A stretch of 64,000 nucleotides of DNA. Origin: Psilocybe cubensis. Taxonomy: Eukaryota. The notes under the pieces were generated by a model. The model was not told the origin of the DNA and ran no database searches. It saw only the letters and a program-made list of their open reading frames with translations. The translations under genes were made by a program, and so were the position numbers. The stretch covers positions 2,170,001-2,234,000 of the forward strand of contig CM039002.1 in NCBI GenBank assembly GCA_017499595.2. Direction: 5' to 3'. How positions within the stretch are numbered: position 1 is the first letter of the stretch; every line of letters starts with the position of its first letter. Below are positions 1 to 11,181 of this stretch, piece by piece.

Positions 1-2
1 GT

Positions 3-1967
3 CTATCTGAAGTAGAAAGGAATTATGAGATCCATGACAAAGAGATGCTGGCTATTATCAGAGCACTAGATGAATGGAGACATTATCTTGAAGGAACCCA
101 ACATTCCTTTGAGATTTGGACAGACCACAAAAACTTAGAGTACTTTATGGTTGCCCAAAAGCTCAGCAGAAGGCAAGCCAGATGGTCACTCTTCCTGTCC
201 AGATTTGATTTTACTCTTCATCATAGGCCTGGTAAAAGATCTCTTAAGCCAGATGCTTTGTCTAGGAGACCAGATCATAAAAAGGGAGAGAATGATAACC
301 AAAATGTAGTTCTCCTCAAACCTTCCTACTTTAAAATCCAGGCTCTCAAGCAGGGTCATGCTACCATTACTGGTGCAGAAAATGATCTTCTTAAGAAGAT
401 TAGAGAAGCTAAGGAGATGGATGAAAAGGTGGTCAAGGCAGTTCAGGAGCTCAAGAAATCTTCAACCAAGAAGATTGAAGGACAGGAATGGTCAGAAGAA
501 CAAGGTCTTATTCTCTATAGGGGGAAGGTGTATGTTCCCAAGGACAAAGATCTTAGAAGAAAGATTGTGGAACTGCACCATAATGCCTTCATTGCTGGAC
601 ATCCAGGGAAATGGAAGACAATTGAGCTAGTCTCTAGGAATTATTGGTGGCCAGGAATGTCACATTTTATTGCAGCCTATACCAGAGGTTGTGATAGATG
701 CAACAGAACCAAAACCTTTCCAGCCAAACCTCTTGGTCTTTTAATTCCTACTGAGATTCCCTCTGATGTCTGGCAATGCATCTCTGTGGACTTTATTATG
801 GGGTTACCAGAATGTCAAGGGTATAATGCCATTATGGTGGTTGTGGATAGACTTAGTAAAATGATCCACATTATCCCTACTACAGATGAAGTCACTTCTG
901 AAGGGACAGCCAGACTATACAGAGATTATGTCTGGAAACACCATGGCTTACCCATTAAAATTCTGTGTGATAGAGGTCCACAGTTTGTCTCAAGGTTTAT
1001 GAAAGAACTCAACTCAATACTTGGTATCCAGACAGCCTCATCTACAGCCTACCATCCCCAAACTGATGGTCAGACTGAAAGAGTTAACCAAGAAATTGAG
1101 CAGTATCTTAGACTCTTTATAAACCATAGACAAGATGATTGGGTTGAATGGTTAGCTCTAGCTGAATTCTCTTATAACAATAGAGTTCAGGCTTCAACCA
1201 GGCAGACACCATTCATGCTCAATAATGGCAGACATCCCAGAATGGGCACTGAACCCCTTAGAGATAGTAAAATGGACACTGTGGATACCTTTGTGAAAAA
1301 TATGGAAGAAGCCAGGAAAGAAGCAGAGTCTGCACTTAGAAAAGCTGCTGATGATATGGCTAAATTCTATAATAGACACAGAGGTACTCCAACTCAGTAC
1401 AAAGTTGGGGATTTGGTATGGTTGGATGGCAAGGACCTCAAAACTGATAGGCCCTCCAAAAAATTGGATGATAAAAGATATGGGCCTTACAAAATTACCA
1501 AAGTTATTAGCCCTAATGCCTATGAGCTTAAGCTGCCATCTACCATGAAAATCCATCCAGTGTTCAATGTGGTTAAACTTCTACCTTATCACCCAGATAT
1601 TGTAGGAAGAAAGCCTCCTTCTAGACCACCACCTGTCATTCAAGGAGAAAATCCTGAGTGGGAAGTTGAATTTATCAAGGACAGTAGACTTTTTAGAAAC
1701 AAACTTCAATATTTGGTCAAGTGGAAGAACTATCCTAATGAAGAATGCACTTGGGAGCCTGCAGAGCATTTGAAAAATGCTTCTAAGGCTATCAAGGACT
1801 TCCATGCCAAACATCCTTCAGCACCTAGAAGGATTTCTGCTGTGACCTTTGATAGACTTTCTTTCACTCCTATTATTAACTTTACTGAACCTCCTCCTCT
1901 TCTTAAACCCTCTAAACTAACCCATCCATGTGCACATTGTGGAAAATGTGCCTTAGAGAGGGGGTGA
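3..1967 (+). CDS. Pol polyprotein, C-terminal part (RNase H, integrase, chromodomain); 5'-truncated by the window edge
   Basis: Open frame from base 3. RNase H motifs ERNYEIHDKEMLAII and WTDHKNL; integrase zinc finger HHNAFIAGHPG...CDRC; core SVDFI, CDRGPQF, HPQTDGQTERVNQ; GPY module; chromodomain WEVEFIKDSR...YLVKWKNY...TWEP. Confidence 0.95.
   Translation, partial: LSEVERNYEIHDKEMLAIIRALDEWRHYLEGTQHSFEIWTDHKNLEYFMVAQKLSRRQARWSLFLSRFDFTLHHRPGKRSLKPDALSRRPDHKKGENDNQNVVLLKPSYFKIQALKQGHATITGAENDLLKKIREAKEMDEKVVKAVQELKKSSTKKIEGQEWSEEQGLILYRGKVYVPKDKDLRRKIVELHHNAFIAGHPGKWKTIELVSRNYWWPGMSHFIAAYTRGCDRCNRTKTFPAKPLGLLIPTEIPSDVWQCISVDFIMGLPECQGYNAIMVVVDRLSKMIHIIPTTDEVTSEGTARLYRDYVWKHHGLPIKILCDRGPQFVSRFMKELNSILGIQTASSTAYHPQTDGQTERVNQEIEQYLRLFINHRQDDWVEWLALAEFSYNNRVQASTRQTPFMLNNGRHPRMGTEPLRDSKMDTVDTFVKNMEEARKEAESALRKAADDMAKFYNRHRGTPTQYKVGDLVWLDGKDLKTDRPSKKLDDKRYGPYKITKVISPNAYELKLPSTMKIHPVFNVVKLLPYHPDIVGRKPPSRPPPVIQGENPEWEVEFIKDSRLFRNKLQYLVKWKNYPNEECTWEPAEHLKNASKAIKDFHAKHPSAPRRISAVTFDRLSFTPIINFTEPPPLLKPSKLTHPCAHCGKCALERG
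1955..1964 (+). other. Polypurine tract (plus-strand primer)
   Basis: AGAGAGGGGG, 3 nt upstream of the LTR start TGTCAGGG. Confidence 0.85.
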
Positions 1968-2419
1968 TGTCAGGGTTTCTCCAGTTTCCCCTCTTTATCT
2001 TCACAGAATTATCTTATCCTTTCATTATCTTATCAATTATCTGATTAGATAGTTTATTTCTTTCATCACAGCCTTCTTGCTCCACTTCTTTCTAGTAAAT
2101 TCTATATGATTCCTAGTCTTACTCATTCTTTTTCTATATGATGTCACTTTTATTCTTTAACCTTCCTTTATGATGTAATGTAGGGAATATTCTAGAATAG
2201 CTGTAGAGTATAAATACTGGACTTGTAGGTAGCTGTAGCTTCAGCTTCAATCTCTTAGGATATCCACTATCATTGGTGTGATCTCTTAGAACCATTGAAT
2301 CTCTCTCACTCTCTTATTCTCTCTTTGCTCTCTTACTCTCCCTCTGCTCTCTCTCTCTCTCTCTCTTGCTTAATCTTTGTTGGTGGCCTTGTCACACTGA
2401 TTATAGTGTTGCCCTGACA
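1968..2419 (+). repeat. 3' long terminal repeat, 452 bp
   Basis: Starts TGTCAGGG and ends CCCTGACA (8-bp inverted termini). Contains TATAAAT near 2208-2214 and a (CT)n tract near 2345-2365. Confidence 0.9.
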
Positions 2420-2420
2420 C

Positions 2421-2840
2421 TACCTCTCCACACACCTCCTCCTAACTTAGCTCTTCACTATACTCGCCCTCATCCTCGTAGCATGTACCTACCGGTGTTT
2501 CCTGCGCGCACGCCAGCTCTTTTCCTTGGAACTTGGGCACTCCATCCCAGCACGCACCGTCCTTCTTACTGGGATCCCCCGCACACTGCGCGCCGAACGT
2601 CGGTTGGCAGAGTACTGGGAGAACATGGGACTCGGCGTTGAGAGTGTCAGCCTCGTGCGCGAGGTCGGTAGCCTCAAGGGGTTGCTTGACGAGCGCACCA
2701 AGAGGCTATTGGCGTCATGAGGTGCTGGGTCGATTACATCGTACGACCCCGAATCGTCTGGCGTCGCTCCTTTAGTCGACATTGACATTGAAGACCAGCA
2801 ATCGACTCAGCAAAATCAATTGGTGGCGCCTCATCGATTG
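2421..2840 (+). pseudogene. Decayed CSC1/OSCA1 (DUF221, RSN1/PHM7-like) channel gene fragment
   Basis: Reads YLSTHLLLT*LFTILALILV...RARQLFSLELGHSIPARTVLLTGIPRTLRAERRLAEYWENMGLGVESVSLVREVGSLKGLLDERTKRLL, which I recognise as the CSC1 TM/cytosolic region. Has in-frame stops and a frameshift and abuts the LTR. Confidence 0.7.
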
Positions 2841-4955
2841 CAGGGAGCGGGTGGTGGTTGATCTGATGTTGGCTGGATAGGGTGGCAACACGATGAAAGA
2901 CAGTAAGCAGCAGCCCGATAACTGTTAAAATTTACTGACCGACAAAGCGTTCTCCATCGAGTTCTGGCACTACCACAATGGGATTGATGCAATGACAGGG
3001 GTAGACTGCGATGGTAAGTTGCACCGCTCATCGACGGACAGATGCTAACGTCTGAAGGCGTCGTCAAAGTGGATATGATGCGCAGAACTGCGGAGGATAC
3101 GAGGCGGTGGAGAGTGTTGACGCTGAGCAGGAGGGGTTGATGAGTATTGGGCAGGAGTAGTGATACAGGAGCAGGCTACAGGGATTGGTGGTGCGATGAG
3201 TAACGGTAAGTATCACAACAAGCTACTGACGCACCTTGGAAGTGCACTGCTGCTAACCCCGTTTCCATAGATGTTGAGTCAATGACGCGGCGACGCCAAC
3301 GCTCGCTCGTTGCTGCGCAGAGAGGCAAGTCGGGCCCTACACGCCCACTACTCATTGGCACTGTCTGTAGCGCATGGCGATGTGTCGCGCAGAGCACCTA
3401 CGCGAGGTCCGGCTGACGTGCATCTGCCGTGGGCCCAGCTACACCGTCATAATGGAGAGTGCAAGACTTCTCCACCGCCTTAAGATCCACACGGCAAATC
3501 TGTTTGGGTACGATAAGGCCGGTTCGACGAGTGTGTTCAGTGGGCTGAGGAGCACTTTGAGCAAATGCGGGAGGCGGCGAAGAACCCGCTCGATGTACGT
3601 ATTTTTTTTCTTCTCAACCCGCATTTTTTTCTCATTTTTTTGTTGATAATTAGGGTACGAGATGGTGGCAAAAGGCAGACGACCCATGGCAATTACGCAG
3701 TCCACCACGGAAACCCCACCGCACCTGTACGGCTCACACCTTGTCATAATGACAAACATGGGCAACATACCTGCGGCTCGACCGCATATCGACTACGACC
3801 TGACGACAATGCCAGACATCGACTTGCTGTCGCACAAATCAAACTGGGAGATATCAAAGAAGGAAAGATATGTATTCCTCATAGGTCCAATTTCCCATAG
3901 ACTAAGACATCAAACAGCACGCACAAATTAATGGCCGCAACGTTGAGCGCTTTGATGAGCTGCCCAACGTGTCTAGAAGGATGTACACTAGCTACAGAGT
4001 TCTATTGTGCTTGTGCCGTGACCTTTGCTGCTGGCTCATCCACCACCTCACAACTGCCACTGCCCTCGTTATTGATCTCGTTAAGTTGAGTGTTTGGTTT
4101 GTTGTGTCCGATGTCTGAATTAATTTGTGTACAGATTATTGTTGAGGCCTCAACTGCCCTGGCCGCCATTTTTTGCTGCGCCCGCTGTGTGATAAAATTT
4201 TGCCATTTGGCCTCCCGCTCAGCAGCAGCAGCGCGTTCTTTTGCCCTTTCCTCTGCAGTCTGCAGAGTATGCTTTAGCGGCAATAACAAAATTCTGCAGA
4301 TCAAAGGCACATACCTTTTTTATCTTGACTATTTTTGGTTCATACTGACACCAGCATTCATCTGATTCCAATTCACATTCAGAATGGCTGCATTCAACCT
4401 CAGATTCTTTGGAGGAGCTGTCCGTGTCGACCCAAGCTGGTTGTGGTGCTGGCTTTTCCGGAGTATCAGCAATAAATGCTAATGGTATTCCGACTATTGT
4501 AGGTGGTGCTTCGTTGGTATTTTCTAGCATAGTAGCTGAAGAGTTAATAGCTGTAGCCTGTTGTAGAACTACAAAAGCAGTAGGTTTGAGTTAAAAGAAC
4601 ATTTCAGCCGCCGTTCTTTAAATTTCTGTTGAAAAAGGCATATAATTACATTATAAGGTGCATATCATGTGCTAGTGTGACGGTCACTGTTTGTTTTGTG
4701 TTTTCCAGGCTGTCATTCTCTTGTTCTCAACCACACACTTTCCAACTAGCATTTTTCGCATTTGTCAATGCTGGCTCAGGAATATTCTAGCCAGGACATA
4801 CACTGATCAGTGTTGGCAATGCAGGGCATCCACGTTCCTCAAAATGTAGCCATTTGTACCCCTTTTCATCCGCTTGTTTTTTGATTTTGCCTCATTTTTC
4901 TGCCGTGCATGCTTTTTTCCCTCTAATAAGGCCAAGGTATGCAATACGTTTCTAT

Positions 4956-6895
4956 ATGTCTTCTTACTTGTACCAACCTGGTGGTGCATTTCATCCAGGT
5001 GCACAAGGATCTTCGTCCCATGGCCGTGTCACTGGCACACCAGAGCAACCTAATGTGGTGACTCAGCATGGCCATAATGCACCTACCTATCCAGTAGGAT
5101 TTAACGGTGGGCCTCCGTATACACAGAATGAGCGCAATCATGCACTGGGCGGAGGTATGTTTGAAGTCACATTTCTTATATATCTTGATTTACTACTTAG
5201 ATTTAGGTATGCCAACTTCGGATAACTCATTCTATCCAAGTCATTCCCAGCCTCAGATGCCAGCACCCACAACCGCTTCAACACCTGGCTATCAGGCACG
5301 ATATGGCCATCACCTCGAACCCAATGCGTCATCTTCATCCATGTCATCCGACACCACTTCTCTGAATGAAATCTCAGCCCCCGACACTTCAACACTTCAA
5401 ACACAGCTGGCCTTTTATAAGCGTCGGATTGAAGAGTATGAAATGGGCAATGAAGAGCGGTCCCGGAAGTCCAAAAAGGCAAAGACAAGGCAAGTTTGTT
5501 GATAACCAAACTTTCTGTTGCAGTCGCATTCATCATTATAACTTTTAGGGAGAAGCCCCCCGAGCGATGCTTTTGAAAGGCTGTCAGCCTTTATGTGAGC
5601 GCACAAGAACTGTATCGAGACTGGAACAATGATTATTTAGAAAGGAATGGTATGGCTTCGGCAAAGTTTAGGGATGTTGACACCAAACGAAAGTATGTTT
5701 CTTTTTTGTTTATATTGTTAATACTTATATTCTCTTTTGAGTCTAGCTTCGATTGTAATGTTTCTAGCTTCAATAAGCTCTTAGAATACATTCCAAGGCT
5801 TCAAATGATGATAGACAGAGATGCCAGAAGCCAAGAGATAAGGGAATATCTACACAAGGTATGTGATTATTTGATGAAATGTGAATGACTAAATGTCATT
5901 TTTCTACAGATTGATCAGGGTGGAAATGCAGCCCGCTCAGACGATTGCAACCACATTAAGGAATTCCTTAGAGACTTCCTTAATGCCGAGCACCGCCCTG
6001 AGGTTTTGTTTACAAAAGAACGGACTGGATGTGGTGTGCAGAATGACATAACCGGTAAATATCTTTGTCCGATTCATTACAACTGGGATGACCCCAGGTA
6101 AGTTGCTTATTTTTTTTCTTGTACTCTATCTAAGATTATCGATTAGTGTTCGCACACGTATCCGTGCGGGTGATATTATGGATCCGAAATTCCCGATTTT
6201 TGTCAATTATTATCTTCGGTTTTTGTATCCTGATGGATATGAGCTGCCACCTAATGGTAGAGTCGAGCATTTGTTTTTACAAAGTCTGATCTTGGTCAAG
6301 GTATGTAATCTACTTTTGTTTCTTTCTAATTCTTATATTAGTCCGTCTAGGTATGGTGCTATATTTTTACCTCACCAGGATCAGCCGAAGCCATTATCAA
6401 AAATCCTAATGGCGGACCTCCTATTCGAAATCGAGCCTACGCTCCATCAACCAAATCGACTAAAACAAATGTTGCCCGCTTGATAGGAATGACCAGTGTT
6501 ACAGCCCATAGCATTGCCTATACTGTTATCATGGTATGTTTACTTCTTTTGTCTTTTGCATTCACAGCATCTTAAATTTCAATATAGACAGGCTTCAACC
6601 TTACGGATGCTTTGTTTTGGACCTCGAAATACAATAACTTCAACTTCCATGCACTCTATGATTTCATTGTGGACTATTTCCGGGAATCAACACCAGAATC
6701 TGAGGATCTTCTGCGATGGTGGAATAGGTACGAGGTTCTATGATAATTTTCTATTTTAGCTTAATATATTCTATTAGCATGGTTTTTCCCAATGGTGTCG
6801 GCGCTGCTATTGACAGAACGGAAGCATCTACAAATGCTTCTTATTCACTTCTAGAAGCTTCTCGTGCTACCGCTTCAACTACTTTCTCAACTTAA
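4956..6895 (+). CDS. Multi-exon agaricomycete protein resembling the DUF6698 family
   Basis: Spliced motifs NAARSDD, GKYLCPIHYNWDDP, YIFTSPGSA, VARLIGMTSVTAHSIAY, FNFHALYDFIVDYF, LLRWWN(S)MVFP. One intron appears to use a GC donor near 5490. Confidence 0.65.
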
Positions 6896-7336
6896 TTCTT
6901 CTTATCTTGTAATCGACCAGTAGTTGCTTGCTCGAAATGTCATTTTTCACATACTAATACTACACTGTACTGTATAATATGGTACAGTGGACTGGTATCA
7001 TGTACCACATGATATGGATTGAATAAATTCATTAATACACTGAATAACATGCCACTATACATGGTAACCTACATTGTACCATACTGTGTGCAATTCTCGA
7101 ATCTGAGGAGGTCTTACAGACACCCGTCACATGGGTGGGTCGGGTGTACCAAGATTGATACTAAGGTGTCCGACTTGGATGATCGGCCCCATGGTGTCCG
7201 ACTCAAACTGCAACTTGTAAGAGGAGTTGGTGCAAATTAGGTCAGAGGTTTGGAGTCACTGTCGTTCAACGTTGTGGATTATACATTGAACTCTGCACTA
7301 TTTTTTTATTTAAGAGCTATTCTATGTATGACTAGA

Positions 7337-7926
7337 CTACTCCGAGTTTCCCAGATCTTCGCGGACACTATGCCTCTCTTCTAACTTAGTAAGAGTTTTT
7401 GCAATGCATCTATCTATGTATGCATGATATCGTCTATCAGTGTCCGCTACCTTCAATTTGGCAACCTCCGCCATATAAAGCCTATGTGCGGCGTCTTTGT
7501 ATGAAATGCCAAGGCTTTGTTTCAAGGCTTGCACTTCACTATGAAGTGCAAGCATCTCATGGTCGGTTAAAGACTACCAACATTATTAGTTCCATTCATC
7601 GTACTATATATCATACTATTGAAATGGACTCACGTTTTCAGGAGGCACACGTAGAATACCTGATAGAGTGAGATATGAGTCGGATTGTTTGGCGTTGGGC
7701 TTCTATATCTTATGGTCAGTAAATAAGTTTTGACGGACTGTTAATTCAGACTTACTCGAGTGAGGTCGGCATTATTAACAATCGGATCTTCTTTAGAACC
7801 CAAAACTGCCAAATCGTGCTCCAATGACGGAATCATGAAGCGGGGGACAACATATTTGATGTTATCGGGGCCGTCGATGGCAATATAACCTTCCGGGATT
7901 TTAGGGGAGGAATTCTGGGCACTCAT
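7337..7926 (-). CDS. Small multi-exon helical protein of the outer KDZ element (gene A)
   Basis: Exons MSAQNSSPKIPEGYIAIDGPDNIKYVVPRFM... and ...LHSEVQALKQSLGISYKDAAHRLYMAEVAKLK. Positional and weak sequence counterpart of 18311-19453. Confidence 0.55.
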
Positions 7927-8184
7927 ATTGATGAGATTTTGAAGGCCACATCATGATCTCTTTATATATTTGTCGGACCAAGGCCGCTTTTGGGTACGCG
8001 ACTGATCGGACAAGCGCGTCAGGGCGCGATCAATTTGATATCTTTAGGTCATGTGATCGTTTAGCAGGCAGATAGCAAGCAACAGGCATGGTTCATCCGT
8101 TTCCCTGCTCTCTTTCCTTCATTCCACCACCACCTACATCTTTGCCATCAAGCACATTCAACCAAACACCAACTCAAGCACCCA

Positions 8185-10997
8185 ATGGACTCCAAGATCA
8201 CCGACGCAAAATCGCTCCGTCTCGCTCTCGCAAAGCTCGATGCCAATGTTAGGGATGCAGTGAGAAGTGGGGAGGTCAAGAAGGTGATGACAGACCTGAA
8301 CGGCCTGCTGGTGCGCCTGTTATTTTTTTTTTTTACTGGCATGATACTAACTTGAAGATTTAGAAAGAGATTTTTCATGTCAAAAAGGCCCGCATCCATC
8401 CCGAAATCTTCAAAGAATTCGGGAACTTCGTGTGGTCCGTCATTGTGGATTACAAGAAATCGAGCAAAGCGAGCGATTTTGACATCGCCGGCTTCGTCAC
8501 CAAGCATCGCAGTGCACTGGCAAACATCGAGGGTGGTAGTGCACTACCAGCCTCTACCTTACCCGACCAGCACAAGTCGGATGTCGGGGGGAATCCTGAC
8601 ATCGTGTCGGATACCTCTCGTGTCAAGGGTTCCGACGGGTCGGATACCTCTCGTGTCAAGGGTTCCGACGGGTCGGATACCTCTCGTATCAAGGTTTCCG
8701 ACGGGTCGGGGTCGGCCCCGCCTCCAGACAACAGCAAAATGTCCAACCTGGAGTCGACCCCCACTCAAGGCCGCACACCCACACCTACAAACGTTGAGCG
8801 TCGGGAGTCCAATTCCGAGGCTCTTTCTGCCCAGCATCGCAAGGGCTTGAACATCATCACTCAAACTATGTCTGTCCATGCTGAGAGAACGTCGACGCCC
8901 TCTAATGCCACGATGCGTACGTACTTTTTCTAACATTTTGCATGATTTTGTTGTAATTAATGTGGTCTTGCTATATTTAACACGTCCAGGGCCTTCAAAT
9001 CCGTCATCCCGCCCCGCAAATCTTACCCCGTCATTGCCGCCTAGCGCAGCAAACCCCATTGTCCCTCCTGCTAGCACCTCTTTCCGTTCGATGTCGACAT
9101 CTAATCCCGTCGCTCTGCCTGCCAACAAAGCAAACGACATGACCAAAGCGCAGGGCAAGCCCAAGAGGACCTCCAAGGGTGGTGAGAGCACCAAGGACAA
9201 CTTGAAACCACAGTCAGTCGGGATTTTTGCCCATGAGGTTGCAATGGCACATTTTGACCGCCCCGACAGCCCCGAAAACAAGTTTCGGGCTTTGAAGCTT
9301 CAGAAAATGCTCAAGGAAGGTCCGTCTCGGGAGCCCATATCTGGCTCTGAATACCAGGGATCGTCGTCGGAGAATGAGGAATCGGAGGAGGAGAAGGCCG
9401 TTGGAAAGCGCAAGAGGTCGTCAAAGGCTTCGACCCCAATTCTTGCAACAAAGTGCGATTGGTGCATCAAGTACAACACCCAATGCGACGAGATACTCGA
9501 CAAAACTGGGAAACGTGCTTGTGCCATCTGCAACAGGCAGAAGAAGGGGTGTACATGGGGCGGTACACTTGTTTCCGAAAGTCGTCGGGCGCAGAAGGCT
9601 GCTGCACAGAACGCCAAAGCCAACACCAATGGTCCAACCAATGCAAATACGAAGACATTGAAGGCTACAAGAGCTCGAAAAGCCAAGAAGTCGGAGTCAA
9701 ATCAAACCGACAGCGAGGTAATGCCACCCAAGAAAAAGGTCAAGAAGTCTCTTCCTTGTATGTGCCCTGAATATTTTGTTCCTATTTGTTTGAATCTCAT
9801 AGTTTTCATAGATGTGGTGGACAGCGATGTCATTTCAGACGGTGCAAAGTCCGATCGCGAGTCCAAGCAAAAAAAGAACAAGCCATTGGATTCAGGTGAG
9901 TGCAACATTGTTGGTAGTGCATTACTTCAAAATTATTGATTCTTTGTTTTGAAGTTGATTACGTCGAGATTACCTCAGGTTCCGACACGTCCCAGTCCCC
10001 ACCCAAACCCATTTCAAAGCCCACCCCTTCGACAACAGTTCCGCCCGCCCCTTCAAAAACAATGCCGCCCGCCCCTTCAACAACAATTCCGCCCACTCAC
10101 TTGGCAACAATTCAAGCCCCACCACCACCACCTCAACGCCGTTTGCAGGACTCCGACCTGACCGATATTCCACTTGTTTCCGACCTCCTTAATCGGATGA
10201 ACGAGATGGAAGTTACAACCTGCGCCCTTCAGGTTGACTTAGCCCTGCTGCGGACAACAAATGAAGAGCTGCAGGACGAGCTTACTAGCGTAAAGTCGGC
10301 ACATACATCACTCAAGCGTCGTTACGATGACCTATATGAAAGGGTCACCCAACATCGTAAATCTGCAGCGGATTGTCAGTCGGCTTTTGCGTTGAAGTGG
10401 GGGAGTGGGATGAGCAAAATCAAGGCCGAGGTCAAGTATCTTTCTGACTGCCTTGAGAGGACAGAAGATTCCCTCGTCGTCCTTGAAGGACGTGTTGATG
10501 ATATTGACAAGCTTCATCAAATGCACAGCGACGGTGCGTATCTTTCTTGGGATGGGGAGTCCGATGGAAATGATTGTCCAATTCCAATGGACATGTCATC
10601 GGATGAGGCAAGCCATTCTCTGAATGCTGCCACTAACAACCCCACCAACCCCACCATTGACAAGCCCGCCTCCGACACGAAGTCCGACCCTGCCTCCGAC
10701 GAGAAGTCCGACCCCGCCTCCGACGCGAAGTCCGACCCCGCCTCCGACAAGAAGTCTGACCCCGCTTCCGACGACAATTCCGACCCCGCCTCCGATGACG
10801 ACGCTGATCCCGCTTCCAACAACAATTCAAATGCCGCTGCCAATGCCAACAAGGACACAGTAGAGGATGCTGTTAAGGCTAACAAATCCAATTCGGACAA
10901 CAATCCTGATCCCATGAGTGGTGGTGATGTTTTTATTCCCCCACAACCACCCACTACTCCCCCAGCACTTCCATTGTCGCCACCACCAGCTTTGTAG
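8185..10997 (+). CDS. Zn2Cys6-like cluster, coiled-coil, low-complexity protein of the outer KDZ element (gene B)
   Basis: ATG at 8185; intron 8311-8363 keeps the frame. C-x2-C-x6-C-x11-C-x2-C-x6-C at 9454-9552, heptad coiled coil at about 10190-10510, basic NLS-like patches. Confidence 0.7.
8606..8704 (+). repeat. 3 x 33-bp coding tandem repeat (SDTSRVKGSDG); each unit carries an inverted GTCGGA...TCCGAC pair
   Basis: gtcggatacctctcgtgtcaagggttccgacgg repeated at 8606, 8639 and 8672. Confidence 0.9.
10664..10820 (+). repeat. About 6 x 24-bp coding tandem repeat (PASDxKSD), mostly two TCCGAC per unit
   Basis: cccgcctccgacgagaagtccgac-like units. Confidence 0.85.
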
Positions 10998-11181
10998 AAT
11001 GTCAATTGGAATGACTGTAGTTGATTGTGTCGGGCGTTTTTTTTTTAAAAAAAATATTTCTTTCAATATAATATATTTTGTTGGTCTCCCTATCTGCTGC
11101 TGAATTGTGTGATCCTAGGGTAGAATATCATTCTTAGTTGAAATCAATTGCTACTGCATTAAGTTGGGTAAAGTTGTCTAA

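Larger units (their letters stand above)
1..2419 (+). mobile_element. Ty3/Gypsy LTR retrotransposon (chromovirus), 3' portion: RNase H-integrase-chromodomain, PPT and 3' LTR
   Basis: Pol domain order RH-INT-chromodomain, polypurine tract at 1955-1964, then a TG...CA LTR at 1968-2419. The 5' part lies outside the window. Confidence 0.95.
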
